DNA of 64,000 nucleotides from Ignavibacteriota bacterium (GTDB lineage Bacteria; Bacteroidota; Ignavibacteria; UBA10030; CAVZMI01): NCBI GenBank assembly GCA_963776275.1, contig CAVZMI010000025.1, positions 1 to 64,000 of the forward strand, read 5' to 3'. Shown piece by piece: positions 53,829 to 64,000 of this stretch (position 1 is its first letter; each line of letters starts with the position of its first letter). The notes under the pieces were generated by a model. It saw only the letters and a program-made list of their open reading frames with translations, ran no database searches and was not told where the DNA came from. The position numbers and the translations under genes were made by a program.

Positions 53829-54917
53829 ATGGCTCATATATTTGCATTGATAATGGCGGGAGGTGTAGGCGCCCGTTTCTGGCCACGAAGCAGAGAAAAA
53901 TATCCAAAACAACTTCTTCCAATTGCCGGAGAAGGAACGCTTATCCAGAATACTGTTGCCAGAATCGACGGTATCATCGAGAAAAAAGATACGTTCGTAG
54001 TAACTAACCGCGTCCAGAAACCGACTATCATCAAACAGTTACCATCAATCCCACCAAATAATATTCTCGTAGAACCGATCGGCAGAAATACCGCACCCTG
54101 TATCGGACTTGCAGCACTCTTCATACGGCGGATTGATCCGGAAGCGGTAATGATTGTTCTTCCGGCTGACCATATCATACAGGATGTCGGTGAATTTCAT
54201 CGACTCGTCTCAATCGGCGTTCAGGTTGCATCGGAAACGAAAGGCCTCGTAACCATCGGGATCCAGCCGAACCGCCCCGAGACCGGTTATGGATATATCC
54301 AGGTGCTCGAAGAACCGCAGGAGAAAAATCCTTATATAGACCGCAGAGTCTATCGAGTGAAAACATTTGCCGAGAAACCGAATTTGCAAACGGCAGAACG
54401 CTTTTTGGAGAGCGGTGATTTTGTGTGGAACAGCGGAATGTTCATCTGGAGAATCGGTACAATTCTGGAAGAAATCGAATTACACCTGCCAGAATTACAC
54501 CAACAACTCCAGAGAATCGATGCCGTCTTGGGCACAGAGAAATACGTGCCGACACTTGAAAATGTTTATGGGGTAATCCGCAGTATCTCAATTGACTATG
54601 GAGTGATGGAAAAAGCCCGACAGGTCTATGTCATTAAGGGAGATTTTGGCTGGAGTGATGTGGGCTCATGGGATGAGGTATATAGAATAGCCGAAAAGGA
54701 CGATCAGGGAAATGTCATCCTTGGAAATGTGATAATAAAGGATGTAAAGAATTCAATTATCCAATCCAATGAAGAAATTACCGGTGTCCTTGGAGTCGAA
54801 GATCTTATCATAATTAACACAGATGATGCCCTCTTAGTATGTAAAAGAGGGAAATCACAAGATGTTAAAGAAATCGTCGACTATCTCAAACGAAAGAAGA
54901 TGAATGAGTTTCTCTAA
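53829..54917 (+). CDS. manC: Mannose-1-phosphate guanylyltransferase
   Basis: 'MAGGVGARFWPRSR..PKQ', 'RNTAPCI', 'PETGYGYI', 'WSDVGSW'. Confidence 0.93.
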   Translation: MAHIFALIMAGGVGARFWPRSREKYPKQLLPIAGEGTLIQNTVARIDGIIEKKDTFVVTNRVQKPTIIKQLPSIPPNNILVEPIGRNTAPCIGLAALFIRRIDPEAVMIVLPADHIIQDVGEFHRLVSIGVQVASETKGLVTIGIQPNRPETGYGYIQVLEEPQEKNPYIDRRVYRVKTFAEKPNLQTAERFLESGDFVWNSGMFIWRIGTILEEIELHLPELHQQLQRIDAVLGTEKYVPTLENVYGVIRSISIDYGVMEKARQVYVIKGDFGWSDVGSWDEVYRIAEKDDQGNVILGNVIIKDVKNSIIQSNEEITGVLGVEDLIIINTDDALLVCKRGKSQDVKEIVDYLKRKKMNEFL

Positions 54918-55383
54918 GAAAATACATGCACCTTTTGTCGTAACTTCTTTAATTTATTACAGCTTTTTTATCGTACTTATTGGTTGTACTTCATCACCTC
55001 GGTTTATATCAAGTAAGGATCAGGGGCACCGTACTGTATCTTTAGATAAAGCACTCAATAGTCCTGCCGTCGAAGAAGGAATCGCGTCTTATTATTCTGA
55101 TCAGTTTAACGGGCATCAGACCTCAAATGGCGAAATGTACGATATGTATGCACTCACAGCAGCTCATCCGACACATCCATTTAATACAAAAGTCAAAGTT
55201 ACAAATCTTGATAATGGACGAACGGTCATTCTTCGTATCAACGACCGCGGCCCATTTGTTAAAGACAGGATTATCGACGTCTCATATTTAGCCGCAAAAC
55301 AACTCCAGATGATTGGGAGCGGAACTGCCCAGGTTCGTGTCGAGGTTTTAGAATGGGGACAACTAGATGTTAATACAAAGTAA
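54904..55383 (+). CDS. rlpA: Septal ring lytic transglycosylase RlpA family lipoprotein
   Basis: Lipobox LIG-C; 'GIASYY', 'LTAAH', 'INDRGPF', 'IIDVS'. Confidence 0.92.
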   Translation: MSFSKKIHAPFVVTSLIYYSFFIVLIGCTSSPRFISSKDQGHRTVSLDKALNSPAVEEGIASYYSDQFNGHQTSNGEMYDMYALTAAHPTHPFNTKVKVTNLDNGRTVILRINDRGPFVKDRIIDVSYLAAKQLQMIGSGTAQVRVEVLEWGQLDVNTK

Positions 55384-55857
55384 TATAAAACATAAGAAGA
55401 TTCGTTTAATGTCATACTAAAAAAAATGTCTTTAAAGGGTAATAATTCTGTTAAAAGGCTCTTTTTTCTCAAGAAATTAAAAATAAATATTTTTTAATAC
55501 TACACTGACAAAATAGCTTTGCCCTTCTTTTCTGACATCTCAATTGTAAATGTTAAACACACTTATATCTGCCATTATTACCGACCAACTGAGTCATTTC
55601 GACCTTAAAAAGAGAACTTTGAAGAGCATCAGAACGTTAATACTTGACATTAAATAGATAGAACCATATATTTCTATCGTATTTAGAAGACTGTAAGTGT
55701 CATAGTACCTCTATATGAGCATGTTATGCAACCAGCTGTGACATAATTAACGCCCAGCATCCTGTCAATTAAGGCAGGCATCCGGAAACCCTCTGTGCTC
55801 TGTCAGTGTTAGTAGGGGGAAGGCTTGGGTATAGTCGAACAGTATAAGGATTAACGG

Positions 55858-56595
55858 ATGAAGAAGAAACTCATTTATGAAGTACTTGTAATAATTTCGG
55901 CAGTAGTAGTCTTTGTTTGTGTGATAATACGGGTAGGGGAGATTTTTCGAGAAAATACAGAAAACAGGGGACCGTCCACAGATATTGTTTCATCCCGCGT
56001 AAAGCTACCCCAATCTCCGAATGATGACCAGGGGGAGAGAATACTCAGACTTTATGGCAGTACAATCCGTAAATATTCGGGGCGATATGACCTCGATTGG
56101 CGCCTCGTCCTTGCCGTAATACGTCAGGAGAGTCGCTTCACCATTGATGCAGAGAGTCACCGAGGTGCAATAGGATTGATGCAAATCATGCCCACAACAT
56201 TTGAAGATATTGCAGAACAGATGGGATTGGGAGACATCATGAATCCACGGACCAATATTGTCGCAGGAATTAAACACTTATCGATATTATCAGGTTCATT
56301 TGATGACACTGCACCGGAGGATCGGACTCGTCTTACACTTGCAGCTTATAACGCCGGCATAGGAAGGATTCTTGATGCTCAACATCTAGCCCTTTTTCTG
56401 AACGATAACCCCAAGACGTGGAAAGGAGTACGGGATGCCCTTCCACTTCTTTCAAAACGGTTCACCACCCTCCATGAGCGGGCATGGGAAAGTGATAGGC
56501 CACGGAACGGTTTTTTTAATGATTATCGCCAGACTGTGGAATATGTCGATCATGTAATGGCATATTATGACGATTATCGTCAGCGGTACCAGTGA
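55858..56595 (+). CDS. SLT-domain lytic transglycosylase (MltF-like catalytic domain) with N-terminal anchor
   Basis: 'DWRLVLAVIRQESRF', 'GAIGLMQIMP', 'LAAYNAG'; promoter TTGACA-17-TATATT at 55644-55672. Confidence 0.9.
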   Translation: MKKKLIYEVLVIISAVVVFVCVIIRVGEIFRENTENRGPSTDIVSSRVKLPQSPNDDQGERILRLYGSTIRKYSGRYDLDWRLVLAVIRQESRFTIDAESHRGAIGLMQIMPTTFEDIAEQMGLGDIMNPRTNIVAGIKHLSILSGSFDDTAPEDRTRLTLAAYNAGIGRILDAQHLALFLNDNPKTWKGVRDALPLLSKRFTTLHERAWESDRPRNGFFNDYRQTVEYVDHVMAYYDDYRQRYQ

Positions 56596-56982
56596 CGAAA
56601 TGAACGCTATTCATTGCTTGCCTACATGCTTGCATGCAGGCTTTTTCGGCCCCCTCCTCCACCGATTAGAGCGAGGAATGAGCCTAGAGACGAGCAAACA
56701 GGGATGACGTGAAAAACATCATTGCGTGCACTTCTATTTTAGATTATCCTGGTTAGCCTTTGTTTCCCATCCTGTGCATAGAGTCAATCGGACCCCTTAC
56801 ACATACTAAAGGAAAATCCCAAGCGGTAATAGATAGTTGGGATTTTTCTATTTCTTGCCCATTGCTGCCCCTTTTGATCCTTATTATATTTTTCCCTAAT
56901 ATAACACTGGATCGCTTTAAGGGGGCATGTCAAGTCTATCCTCCGAAAGAACACTGCGATACATCATATCCAGGAGGTGCCT

Positions 56983-57613
56983 ATGAACCAAGCCGTGTTA
57001 AATTTCTTCAAGCAAAACTACGCTCCGGGTCGCGTTTGTATAATTGGCTCATCAACTCCAATTTACAAACTAATCCGTGACGGACAGGGTGGATTGACGA
57101 AGGATGGAAAATCATCCCGATATAATCATACCTTTCTCATGGGTAGCATACGTGATGACGGGAGAGATGACGGCAGCATCTATATTTATGAAAGTGATTT
57201 GCACGTAAGTGTTCCAGATTGGGAAGTAAAAAATGGAGTAATGGAAAGTCGTATTACGAAGTGGTGTCTTGATGATTTAGAGTATGCGGCAGTTTTAGGT
57301 GTCGATCTTACTCAACAAGAAACAGAATCTCTCCTCAGGAAAGCGCTCTGGTACTCATATGATGAACACCACCTCCTATATCCCGTCGGATCCCTATTTG
57401 GGGCCCTTCTGGGCCATCCTGACGGGACGATTAAGCCGGAAAAACATTTTTAATTCCGTCCAGGCGGTTCAATGCGCGACGTTCGTTCGATTGTGTTATC
57501 AAAGCATCAATCGCGATATCATGACAGCGGGCACCGATCTATCCAATACGTCCCCAGAAGGCATATCGCAAAGTCAAGTGTTTATCTTCCGTCAAGAGTG
57601 GAAAAAAGTGTAA
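56983..57613 (+). CDS. Permuted papain-like NlpC/P60 (YiiX/YaeF-like) protein; apparent indel near 57400
   Basis: AGGAGG RBS; His motif 'YNHTFL' precedes Cys motif 'VQCATFVRLCY', ends with 'SPEGI'. Confidence 0.55.
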
Positions 57614-57777
57614 GCTACGGGATATGTAGGCGGGCTCATACGGGTGTTTTTATGTTTATGGGGCGAGAAGGAATTAATTTTCAAACTGAGTACATTCTTT
57701 TACTGAATGCGCAGCGAGATCATTCAGACCGTAACGACTTCGCCAAATTGTCTCTCCACTTAATGAACGCGCTGAGA

Positions 57778-57900
57778 TCACTTGCCAATGTGAATGTTCA
57801 AAAGAGAATGCAACAATCCAAAAACGTTCAACAACCACAACACCACTGCAATGACAACAACGGCGTTCAGGATTTTCTTCATCGTGGCCTGTATTGGTAT
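57778..57900 (-). pseudogene. C-terminal half of a small Thivi_2564-like membrane protein
   Basis: IPIQATMKKILNAVVVIAVVLWLLNVFG...IHIGK* with an in-frame TAA just upstream; first TM helix missing. Confidence 0.5.
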
Positions 57901-57943
57901 GTCTTATCCCCCCAACGCCGTTGCGCACTATGAACCTGAAGAA

Positions 57944-59149
57944 TTAGAGTGAGAAACCAACTTGTGCGTTAATCAAAAGACGTGTTTTCCTTTCGATAGG
58001 AAAAAATAGAGTCAATTCCAGACCTGCATTAATTTTCTTGATGAATCCGAGATCGAGTATCCTCGTCAGCTCGACCAAATCCAGAAATGTTGATAGTACA
58101 AAACCACCTCGTCCGATACCCACATCGATCGGCGAGCTGACCCCAAAAGTTCCCATTCCAAAGCTGACAGGGAATCGATTTCCTGATTCCGCGTTGACAT
58201 GGTAAAACCGCAACATCGCACTGGTGTTGCCATACTCGATGGTATCCCCGGCTTGTGTATCGTACAAAACTTTGGGGATCCCGAGCGAAAAACCGACTTC
58301 TAGCGTCGGGCCTATTACGCGGAAATAGCGTGTGACGGAGTTGGATCGATCGTATGAACCGATTCTGATTGTGTAATCCGGTTCGATGTTCACCTTGATA
58401 AGCGCCCAGGCAGGGAGGGAGTCCAACGGCAGGCGTACTTGTTCGAGATCCTCTGTGCTGATTGCAGCATAGGCACCGTAGGCAGTACGGTACTGAATGA
58501 ACATTGCACGATCCCGTTCCGGATTGCCATGACTTCGGAATGTCACCACGCGGCGCTCGAATGTTTGCATTATAGTTCCGTCTCGCAACTGCACCAACGT
58601 CCTGATCGTGACAAACTGCGGTCCCATCTGCGACCGAATACCGTCTCGCCGGAACGCTACGCGAAGAGTTCGTATCTGCCCCCCGTCAAGCGTCACCGGC
58701 GTCTGCGGATCGCTGCTGCCGTCCGTTGGGACAATGCTCACATAATTGCTAAGTTGCTCAACGTCTTGATATTCTTCGACCTCCACAACGCGACCCGTCT
58801 CATAAACAAAGCGCCGGCCTTTGGCATCTACAATTCTGAGGAGAATACGATATGATCCCGGCGTGACAGTTTCAGGAATGACCGCGAGGTAGGTATCGCG
58901 TCCGGTAGGCTTGAGCTGTATACCCTCCATAGCGATTATCGGAGCAACGGCAGTTGTTGTCATGCTGTCCTCCCGTTGAATTGTCAGGTGAAGGGTATCG
59001 TCGGGAAAGTACACCGGCTTGTCTGTCGAAACGAGAATACTTTCATCGAGTATGGGCAGAACGAGGGTCGTGGATATCTGTTGTGCTTGTGTACGCATGG
59101 TACCGACAATGCAGAGCAACAGTAGACAGGGATATAAAAACTTCAGCAT
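57944..59149 (-). CDS. Hypothetical secreted protein, beta-rich C-terminus
   Basis: Signal peptide ...AQ; 'TDKPVYFP' N-terminal motif; ends 'QVGFSL'. Confidence 0.7.
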   Translation of the reverse strand: MLKFLYPCLLLLCIVGTMRTQAQQISTTLVLPILDESILVSTDKPVYFPDDTLHLTIQREDSMTTTAVAPIIAMEGIQLKPTGRDTYLAVIPETVTPGSYRILLRIVDAKGRRFVYETGRVVEVEEYQDVEQLSNYVSIVPTDGSSDPQTPVTLDGGQIRTLRVAFRRDGIRSQMGPQFVTIRTLVQLRDGTIMQTFERRVVTFRSHGNPERDRAMFIQYRTAYGAYAAISTEDLEQVRLPLDSLPAWALIKVNIEPDYTIRIGSYDRSNSVTRYFRVIGPTLEVGFSLGIPKVLYDTQAGDTIEYGNTSAMLRFYHVNAESGNRFPVSFGMGTFGVSSPIDVGIGRGGFVLSTFLDLVELTRILDLGFIKKINAGLELTLFFPIERKTRLLINAQVGFSL

Positions 59150-59254
59150 ATCGTTTCTTTCCTGAAAACGTTATTTACTTCTTCGTACAGCATCACCATA
59201 ACCGGGGAACGCGAGGATACGGATTCACACCATCAGAAATTGTATCTTACAATG

Positions 59255-59380
59255 TTATTGATTGAGGATTACATGGATCATCTTTTCATTTTTCTTCTCT
59301 CTTTTAGCCGCCTTTTTTTCCTTCATTGTTTTTTGTGGTTCTTTCTTTGAATTCTTTTTACTGTTTTGACCTTTGCTCAT
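59255..59380 (-). CDS. 41-aa Lys-rich small protein MSKGQNSKKNSKKEPQKTMKEKKAAKREKK...
   Basis: AAAGGA RBS; open frame; strongly basic composition. Confidence 0.55.
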   Translation of the reverse strand: MSKGQNSKKNSKKEPQKTMKEKKAAKREKKNEKMIHVILNQ

Positions 59381-59607
59381 GATTTTTATCCTTTTAATTA
59401 TTATTAGTTCAATAATCCATCCGTGATAATATCATATCCGTCGTATCAACGCCGCTAAGTTCGGCTTCGGACGATCTCAAACCTTCCGCGTATGTCTTCT
59501 GTGATGCTGCATCCCGGACTCAATTCTTGGTCCCGAACACATTTTGTCCGCGAATGACTCAAACATTTTTGTCTGAAGTATTCGTCTCTGTGCATCAAAC
59601 CAGCGGG

Positions 59608-60534
59608 CTATTTCCGTAGTGCTGCCAATTTTCTGAACAAGTCTATTTCCTCTTCGCTGAGATGCTCCGGCAGCACGATGTCAACTTTCACCAGCAGATT
59701 TCCAAACTCATTCTTCTTTGCATAGACTGGCATTCCAAGTCCCCGAAATCTGAGCTCTTTGCCGTTTGGCGTTCCCTTCGGAATATTGACTGTGACTTTG
59801 CCTTTCAGTGTTTCAATCTGAGTCTTTCCGCCGAGGACAGCAGTATACAATTCAACGGGGAGGTCACGATGGAGATCGTTTCCCTTCCGGTGAAATTCTG
59901 GATGCGGCGCAATCTTGATGGTGAGATAGAGGTCACCGTTTGAACCGCCGCTTAATCCGCTTCCCCCTTTGCCTGCAATTCTCAGCATTTGCCGGTCTGC
60001 GACGCCTGGTTTGATCGTCACCTTAATCGTTTGACCATTGAGCTGGATGAGCCGCGTCGTGCCGTGGTAGGCTTCTTCAAGCAAGAGGGTTGTCTCTGTT
60101 TCAAGATCCTCGCCTTTGATGACAACGCCCCGTCTTCCTTGCCGCTGGCCGCTGCGTTGTCCAAACAGAATCTCAAAAAGGTCATCGACACCCTCGCCGG
60201 TAAACATCGCATCGGAGTCATGCATGCTCGTCCGGTGCGTTTGTCCGCCGCGGCCGCTTGCGTACTTCGACCAATCAAATCCTCCCGGCTGCGCTCCGGC
60301 TTCTTCGTAGTGTTTCCAATCCGCACCAAACTGATCGTACTTTTTTCGTTTTACCGGATCGCTGAGGACTTCGTTGGCCTCGTTGATATCCTTGAACTTT
60401 TCTTCAGCCGCTTTATCTCCCTTGGTCTTGTCGGGATGATATTTGTTAGCGAGCGCGCGATACGCCTTCTTGATTTCTCCAGGCGTTGCTGTCTTTCCAA
60501 CGCCCAAATACTTGTAGTAATCTTTGTAGATCAT
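59608..60534 (-). CDS. cbpA: DnaJ-class chaperone CbpA (no zinc finger)
   Basis: 'KDYY', 'HPD' J-domain, 'GDLYL', DnaJ C-terminal domain. Confidence 0.9.
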   Translation of the reverse strand: MIYKDYYKYLGVGKTATPGEIKKAYRALANKYHPDKTKGDKAAEEKFKDINEANEVLSDPVKRKKYDQFGADWKHYEEAGAQPGGFDWSKYASGRGGQTHRTSMHDSDAMFTGEGVDDLFEILFGQRSGQRQGRRGVVIKGEDLETETTLLLEEAYHGTTRLIQLNGQTIKVTIKPGVADRQMLRIAGKGGSGLSGGSNGDLYLTIKIAPHPEFHRKGNDLHRDLPVELYTAVLGGKTQIETLKGKVTVNIPKGTPNGKELRFRGLGMPVYAKKNEFGNLLVKVDIVLPEHLSEEEIDLFRKLAALRK

Positions 60535-60556
60535 AGTCTATCACATAGGATATGTA

Positions 60557-60718
60557 TCATCCGGCAACTCGCACTTGCGCTGCGCGCAGTAATTCATTGT
60601 TCCAGAGATAGCCGCGACGCAGCTCATCAACAACGATTCCCGGTTCACTTCCTCCATGTTTCGCCATCGCCACAGCTTCATGCAGATTATTGTTGAACGG
60701 CGTACCGACACTTGGTTT
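60557..60718 (-). pseudogene. grpE: 3' remnant of grpE
   Basis: KPSVGTPFNNNLHEAVAM...PGIVVDELRRGYLWNNELLRAAQVRVAG* matches the GrpE C-terminal beta domain; in-frame stop upstream and no start. Confidence 0.75.
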
Positions 60719-60803
60719 TAGTGTTCAACGCAGGGGCGAACCCCTCGATTAACTAGGGGCGAGCCATGGCCCAAACCCACTGTTGTTGAGTTTGACGGCG
60801 TTT

Positions 60804-61283
60804 TTAGCTTGCCGCACCTTCAGTTTGATTAACCAGATAGTTTTCCATACCCATTTGTTCGATCTGTGCACGTTGTATTTCTGCCCAATCGACGTGACCT
60901 TCTTCCATCTTCAGTATCTTGGAGAGCAGGTCAATAGTACCTTGATCGTCAACTGCACGAGCGAGTTTGATTGCTTCATTATAAGAGCGTACAGCATCAA
61001 GTTCATCGTTGTTGTCGTTGTTGATCATTTCTGATACAGTCTTGCCGATTTTTATCGGGTTAAGTTTGGAAACAGTCGGCGTACCCTCGAAAAATAATAT
61101 TCGTTCGATAAGCCACTCGGCATGGTGCATTTCATCCATTGCTTGTTTTCTGATATCCACGTGAAGCTTTTTATAACCCCAGTTCTCGCACATTTCAGAA
61201 TGCACCATATACTGGTTTATGGCGGTAAGTTCATCAGCCAAAAGCTGATCAAGTACCGTGAGTAATTTTTTATTGCCCTTCAT
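60804..61283 (-). CDS. bfr: Bacterioferritin
   Basis: 'MKG', 'ELTAINQY..H', 'DEMHHA', 'EEGH' ferroxidase ligands. Confidence 0.93.
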   Translation of the reverse strand: MKGNKKLLTVLDQLLADELTAINQYMVHSEMCENWGYKKLHVDIRKQAMDEMHHAEWLIERILFFEGTPTVSKLNPIKIGKTVSEMINNDNNDELDAVRSYNEAIKLARAVDDQGTIDLLSKILKMEEGHVDWAEIQRAQIEQMGMENYLVNQTEGAAS

Positions 61284-61397
61284 AAGTATTCTCCTCTTAT
61301 TGCTCATCCAGAATCTGTTAAAATAATTTTAGTATATTTTACTTATCTCATGTCTTTCAGCTGTTCAGTTTCACGGCTCCAGGCATAGACTCAAAGA

Positions 61398-61608
61398 TTA
61401 TGCCTGAAGTATTTTCTTGGCTTTCTCTCTCTGGGTTTCAGCAACCAGCAATTGAACACCTTGCGTATTCTGTAACGATGGAAGCATTCCACCCCCATCG
61501 TCTTTGATTATGGATGCTGGAATGCCTGACGCTTCGAGAACGTCCTTTTGCAATTTCAGCGTCTATCTCATTTTCATATTCGCCAACGGTTACTTGTTTT
61601 TCTTCCAT
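61398..61608 (-). CDS. DUF2007-like small protein (apparent +1 indel near 61548)
   Basis: GAGGTG RBS; MEEKQVTV..YENEIDAEIAK / DVLEASGIPASIIKDDGGGM.P....GVQLLV....EKAKKIL*. Confidence 0.65.
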
Positions 61609-61626
61609 GTACTCACCTCATTGCTA

Positions 61627-61800
61627 TTATAGATGCCCATGTTCGCCTACACAGTGGCATTGTCATTTACATTTTCAATCGATCACGGATGTGATTCTTC
61701 AAAACCTTTTATCGAAGCAGAAATACCGTCAATTCCTAACTTTAAGAGTTTTTATTTATTCTCCTGCCGCAGCGTTTCCAAACGTGTCATATGCTTCATA
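61627..61800 (-). pseudogene. Degraded DUF4404-like gene with three in-frame stops
   Basis: ...LRQENK*KLLKLGIDGISASIKGFEESHP*SIENVNDNATV*ANMGI. Confidence 0.55.
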
Positions 61801-61836
61801 CTCTCATTCAGCGCACACTGATGCATGATCATTGTT

Positions 61837-62787
61837 TTATTTGCTGTGCTGTTCAAGCCACTCAAGCATCTTGCGTATACTGCCGGTCGCCAGGGCAATG
61901 CTCGTATCTGCCGCACCATAATATAAATTGATGGCATCGCCATCAGGGCCAATCGTGTATCCGCACGGAAATACGACATATCCCACATCACCGCTTTGTT
62001 CGTACGGTTCTTCCGGAGCGAAGACCCAATCTTTGCTGCGCTTAAGTAAAAGTTCAGGCTTGTTCAAGTCAAAGAGTGCAAGTCCTAACCTATAAATGCA
62101 TCCGGCACAAGACTGTTTTACACCATGGTAAATCACCAGCCATCCCTGAGGTGTTTCAATGGGCGGGGGTGAAAGACCAATTTTATTTGCATCCCACCAT
62201 GCACCCTTCCGGGCTTCCATCATGAGAGTATGACCGCCCCAATATTTCAGATCCGGCGAGTACGAAATCCACATATGCGCTCTCGGTGCACTGACAGGAC
62301 GATGAATCAAAGCCCAGTTACCGTCAATTCGATGTGGTAAAAGTGCCGCATCTTTATCTTCAGGCGGCATGATCACACCAAAGCGTTCAAAGGTGTGAAA
62401 GCTTTCAGTGAGGGCCAAAGCAACGCCGGGACCGTCGCGCGTGTATGCAGTATACACGACTGCATATTTTTTTAATTCCGGCAAAAACGTAATACGTGGA
62501 TCTTCAATGCCCCATAATTCTTCCGGGAAACTTTCAGGATTGGGTACCAGCGTTGGCTCCGGATCAATCTTCCAGCTATCTATTCCGTTGGCGGATCGGG
62601 CAGCACAAAAGTGAGAAAGTCCCCGCCGGTCCTCCACCCGACATAAAAGCAATGTTGTTCCATCAGGCAGCAATGTAGCGCCTGCATTGAACACACTATT
62701 GATAGGATAGGGCCAATTGTCGGCTGTAAGAATAGGATTCAGGTTATGACGGTGAAAAAGTTCTAAATGCTGATTGTTCGTTTTAAT
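61837..62787 (-). CDS. GH130-like glycosidase/phosphorylase
   Basis: 'NPIL....WPY..NSVFNAGA', 'WGIEDPRI', 'EDKDAAL', 'IHRP', 'VVFPCG', 'YYGAAD'; frame open upstream to ATT 62787. Confidence 0.88.
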   Translation of the reverse strand: MKTNNQHLELFHRHNLNPILTADNWPYPINSVFNAGATLLPDGTTLLLCRVEDRRGLSHFCAARSANGIDSWKIDPEPTLVPNPESFPEELWGIEDPRITFLPELKKYAVVYTAYTRDGPGVALALTESFHTFERFGVIMPPEDKDAALLPHRIDGNWALIHRPVSAPRAHMWISYSPDLKYWGGHTLMMEARKGAWWDANKIGLSPPPIETPQGWLVIYHGVKQSCAGCIYRLGLALFDLNKPELLLKRSKDWVFAPEEPYEQSGDVGYVVFPCGYTIGPDGDAINLYYGAADTSIALATGSIRKMLEWLEQHSK

Positions 62788-64000
62788 AATGCCTCCATAG
62801 ATAAATGTGTCTGTTCGGCTAAACGCAATTCCAATAATGACTGAAGAAATGCTAGCGTTGATTCTGCTCCTTGATTTTCGTTCGGCCGGTCGGGATGTAA
62901 ACCGTCACGGCAACCGCCTGTTGTTGCATCGTACAAAGGAAGCTTCAAATCGTTCCGCCCGAGGAACCACTCAAATGCCCGCCGGGCTTCTTTGTTCCAG
63001 TATTTGTCTCCAGTAATTCTGAATGCTTCGAGACAAGCCGAAACCATCGCCTGTGCTTCAATCGGCTGTTGATCGAAGCGGGCACGTTCATTTCCAAACT
63101 CATAAAATCCGTTCGAACCTATTGGAACAAAATGCCCCTCACTTGCGCACTGCAAACCGGCCAGCCAATTGTAACGACTCCAATCCGGCATCAGTCATTG
63201 CACTGTTCGGAATTGATCTGCCGCAGATGAGGAGAGCATGAGACAGGGCCGCATTGCAGTACGTAAGGCTTCTTTCAAACCAGCGCCAGTCTTCCGAACG
63301 ATTACTTTGATACAATCTCAAAAGTCGGCCTGCCAATTCTTCGCTGACCTGGTTGGCCATCCGATCACCGGAATATTTTTGTGAATACTCGGAAATGCCG
63401 ATGAGTGCAAATGCCCAGGCACGCGGGCTGGTCGTTACAAGGATGGAAGGAAGAGCTTGCTCAAACAACCAGCCTGCCATACTATTGAATGACGGTGTCG
63501 TAGAATGGCTCAAGACGGTTCCTAATGCCCAAATTGCGCGGCCATGACTATCGTCCGAACCTGTGTCTTCTGACCAGTTGCGTTGATAATCCATGAAATT
63601 TCGAAAACGTTTATTCTGAGCATTAAATGCAAACCCGAGGAAAGCGAGATAGCGGGAAGCTAATCCTACGCTCTCGCTGTTCCCCAGTTCATCCAGGAGA
63701 ATACTCACCAAAAGAGCACGTGCATTGTCATCAGTTGTATACCCATGAGAATAGTTAGGCACGGTAAAAAGAGCATGCTGTAAAATTCCTGTTTCATCTG
63801 TCATAGCCCGTAAGTGATCCGATTTCAGCGGAGGTAATTCACTCGGATATTTATCGAGCGCTTTCGCAATAAATCCCGGTGGGATATAATGACGGCGTTC
63901 TGCCCGAGCCCGTTCAAAACTTTCCATATAGCGTTTTGCCACTTCGGACCAAATCATCGCTCGTCCAAACATATAAGCACGCTTGCGCATTGCGTGCCGC
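62763..64000 (-). CDS. C-terminal part of a GT4 glycosyltransferase / (alpha/alpha)6-domain fusion; apparent indel near 63165-63190; runs off window
   Basis: 'GILQHA', 'GYTTDDNARAL', 'DDSHGRAIWALG', 'FDQQP', 'GGCRDGL', 'NQGAESTL'; usual partner of GH130. Confidence 0.8.

Overview
Bacterial chromosomal window, most consistent with an Ignavibacteria-like member of the Bacteroidota/FCB group. This is an inference from the GWxTD, DUF4783 and TANFOR-like proteins, Gln-starting mature secreted proteins, and sigma70-type promoters with Shine-Dalgarno sites. Core content: tRNA-Asp and tRNA-Arg, a PyrR-attenuated pyrR-pyrB-pyrC operon, glmS, CIRCE-controlled groES-groEL, alr, manC, rlpA and an Rsb-type partner-switching module. 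Main items of interest: (1) two paralogous loci, each encoding a giant secreted beta-rich protein with a shared Gly/aromatic/Cys-rich C-terminal domain plus a multi-FnIII partner; the second locus also carries a trinuclear-Zn phospholipase C/nuclease; (2) an unannotated ~510-nt promoter-to-terminator unit (~10100-10610) full of hairpins and multiway junctions, ending in a 22-aa hydrophobic ORF; (3) an arcE-like/arcB/arcC arginine-synthetase energy-conserving operon with no arcA; (4) a decaying stress-gene cluster at the right end. Many single-base indels, including in groEL and pyrB, indicate assembly errors, so most split ORFs are treated as single genes. All family assignments come from motif recognition by eye, not database searches.
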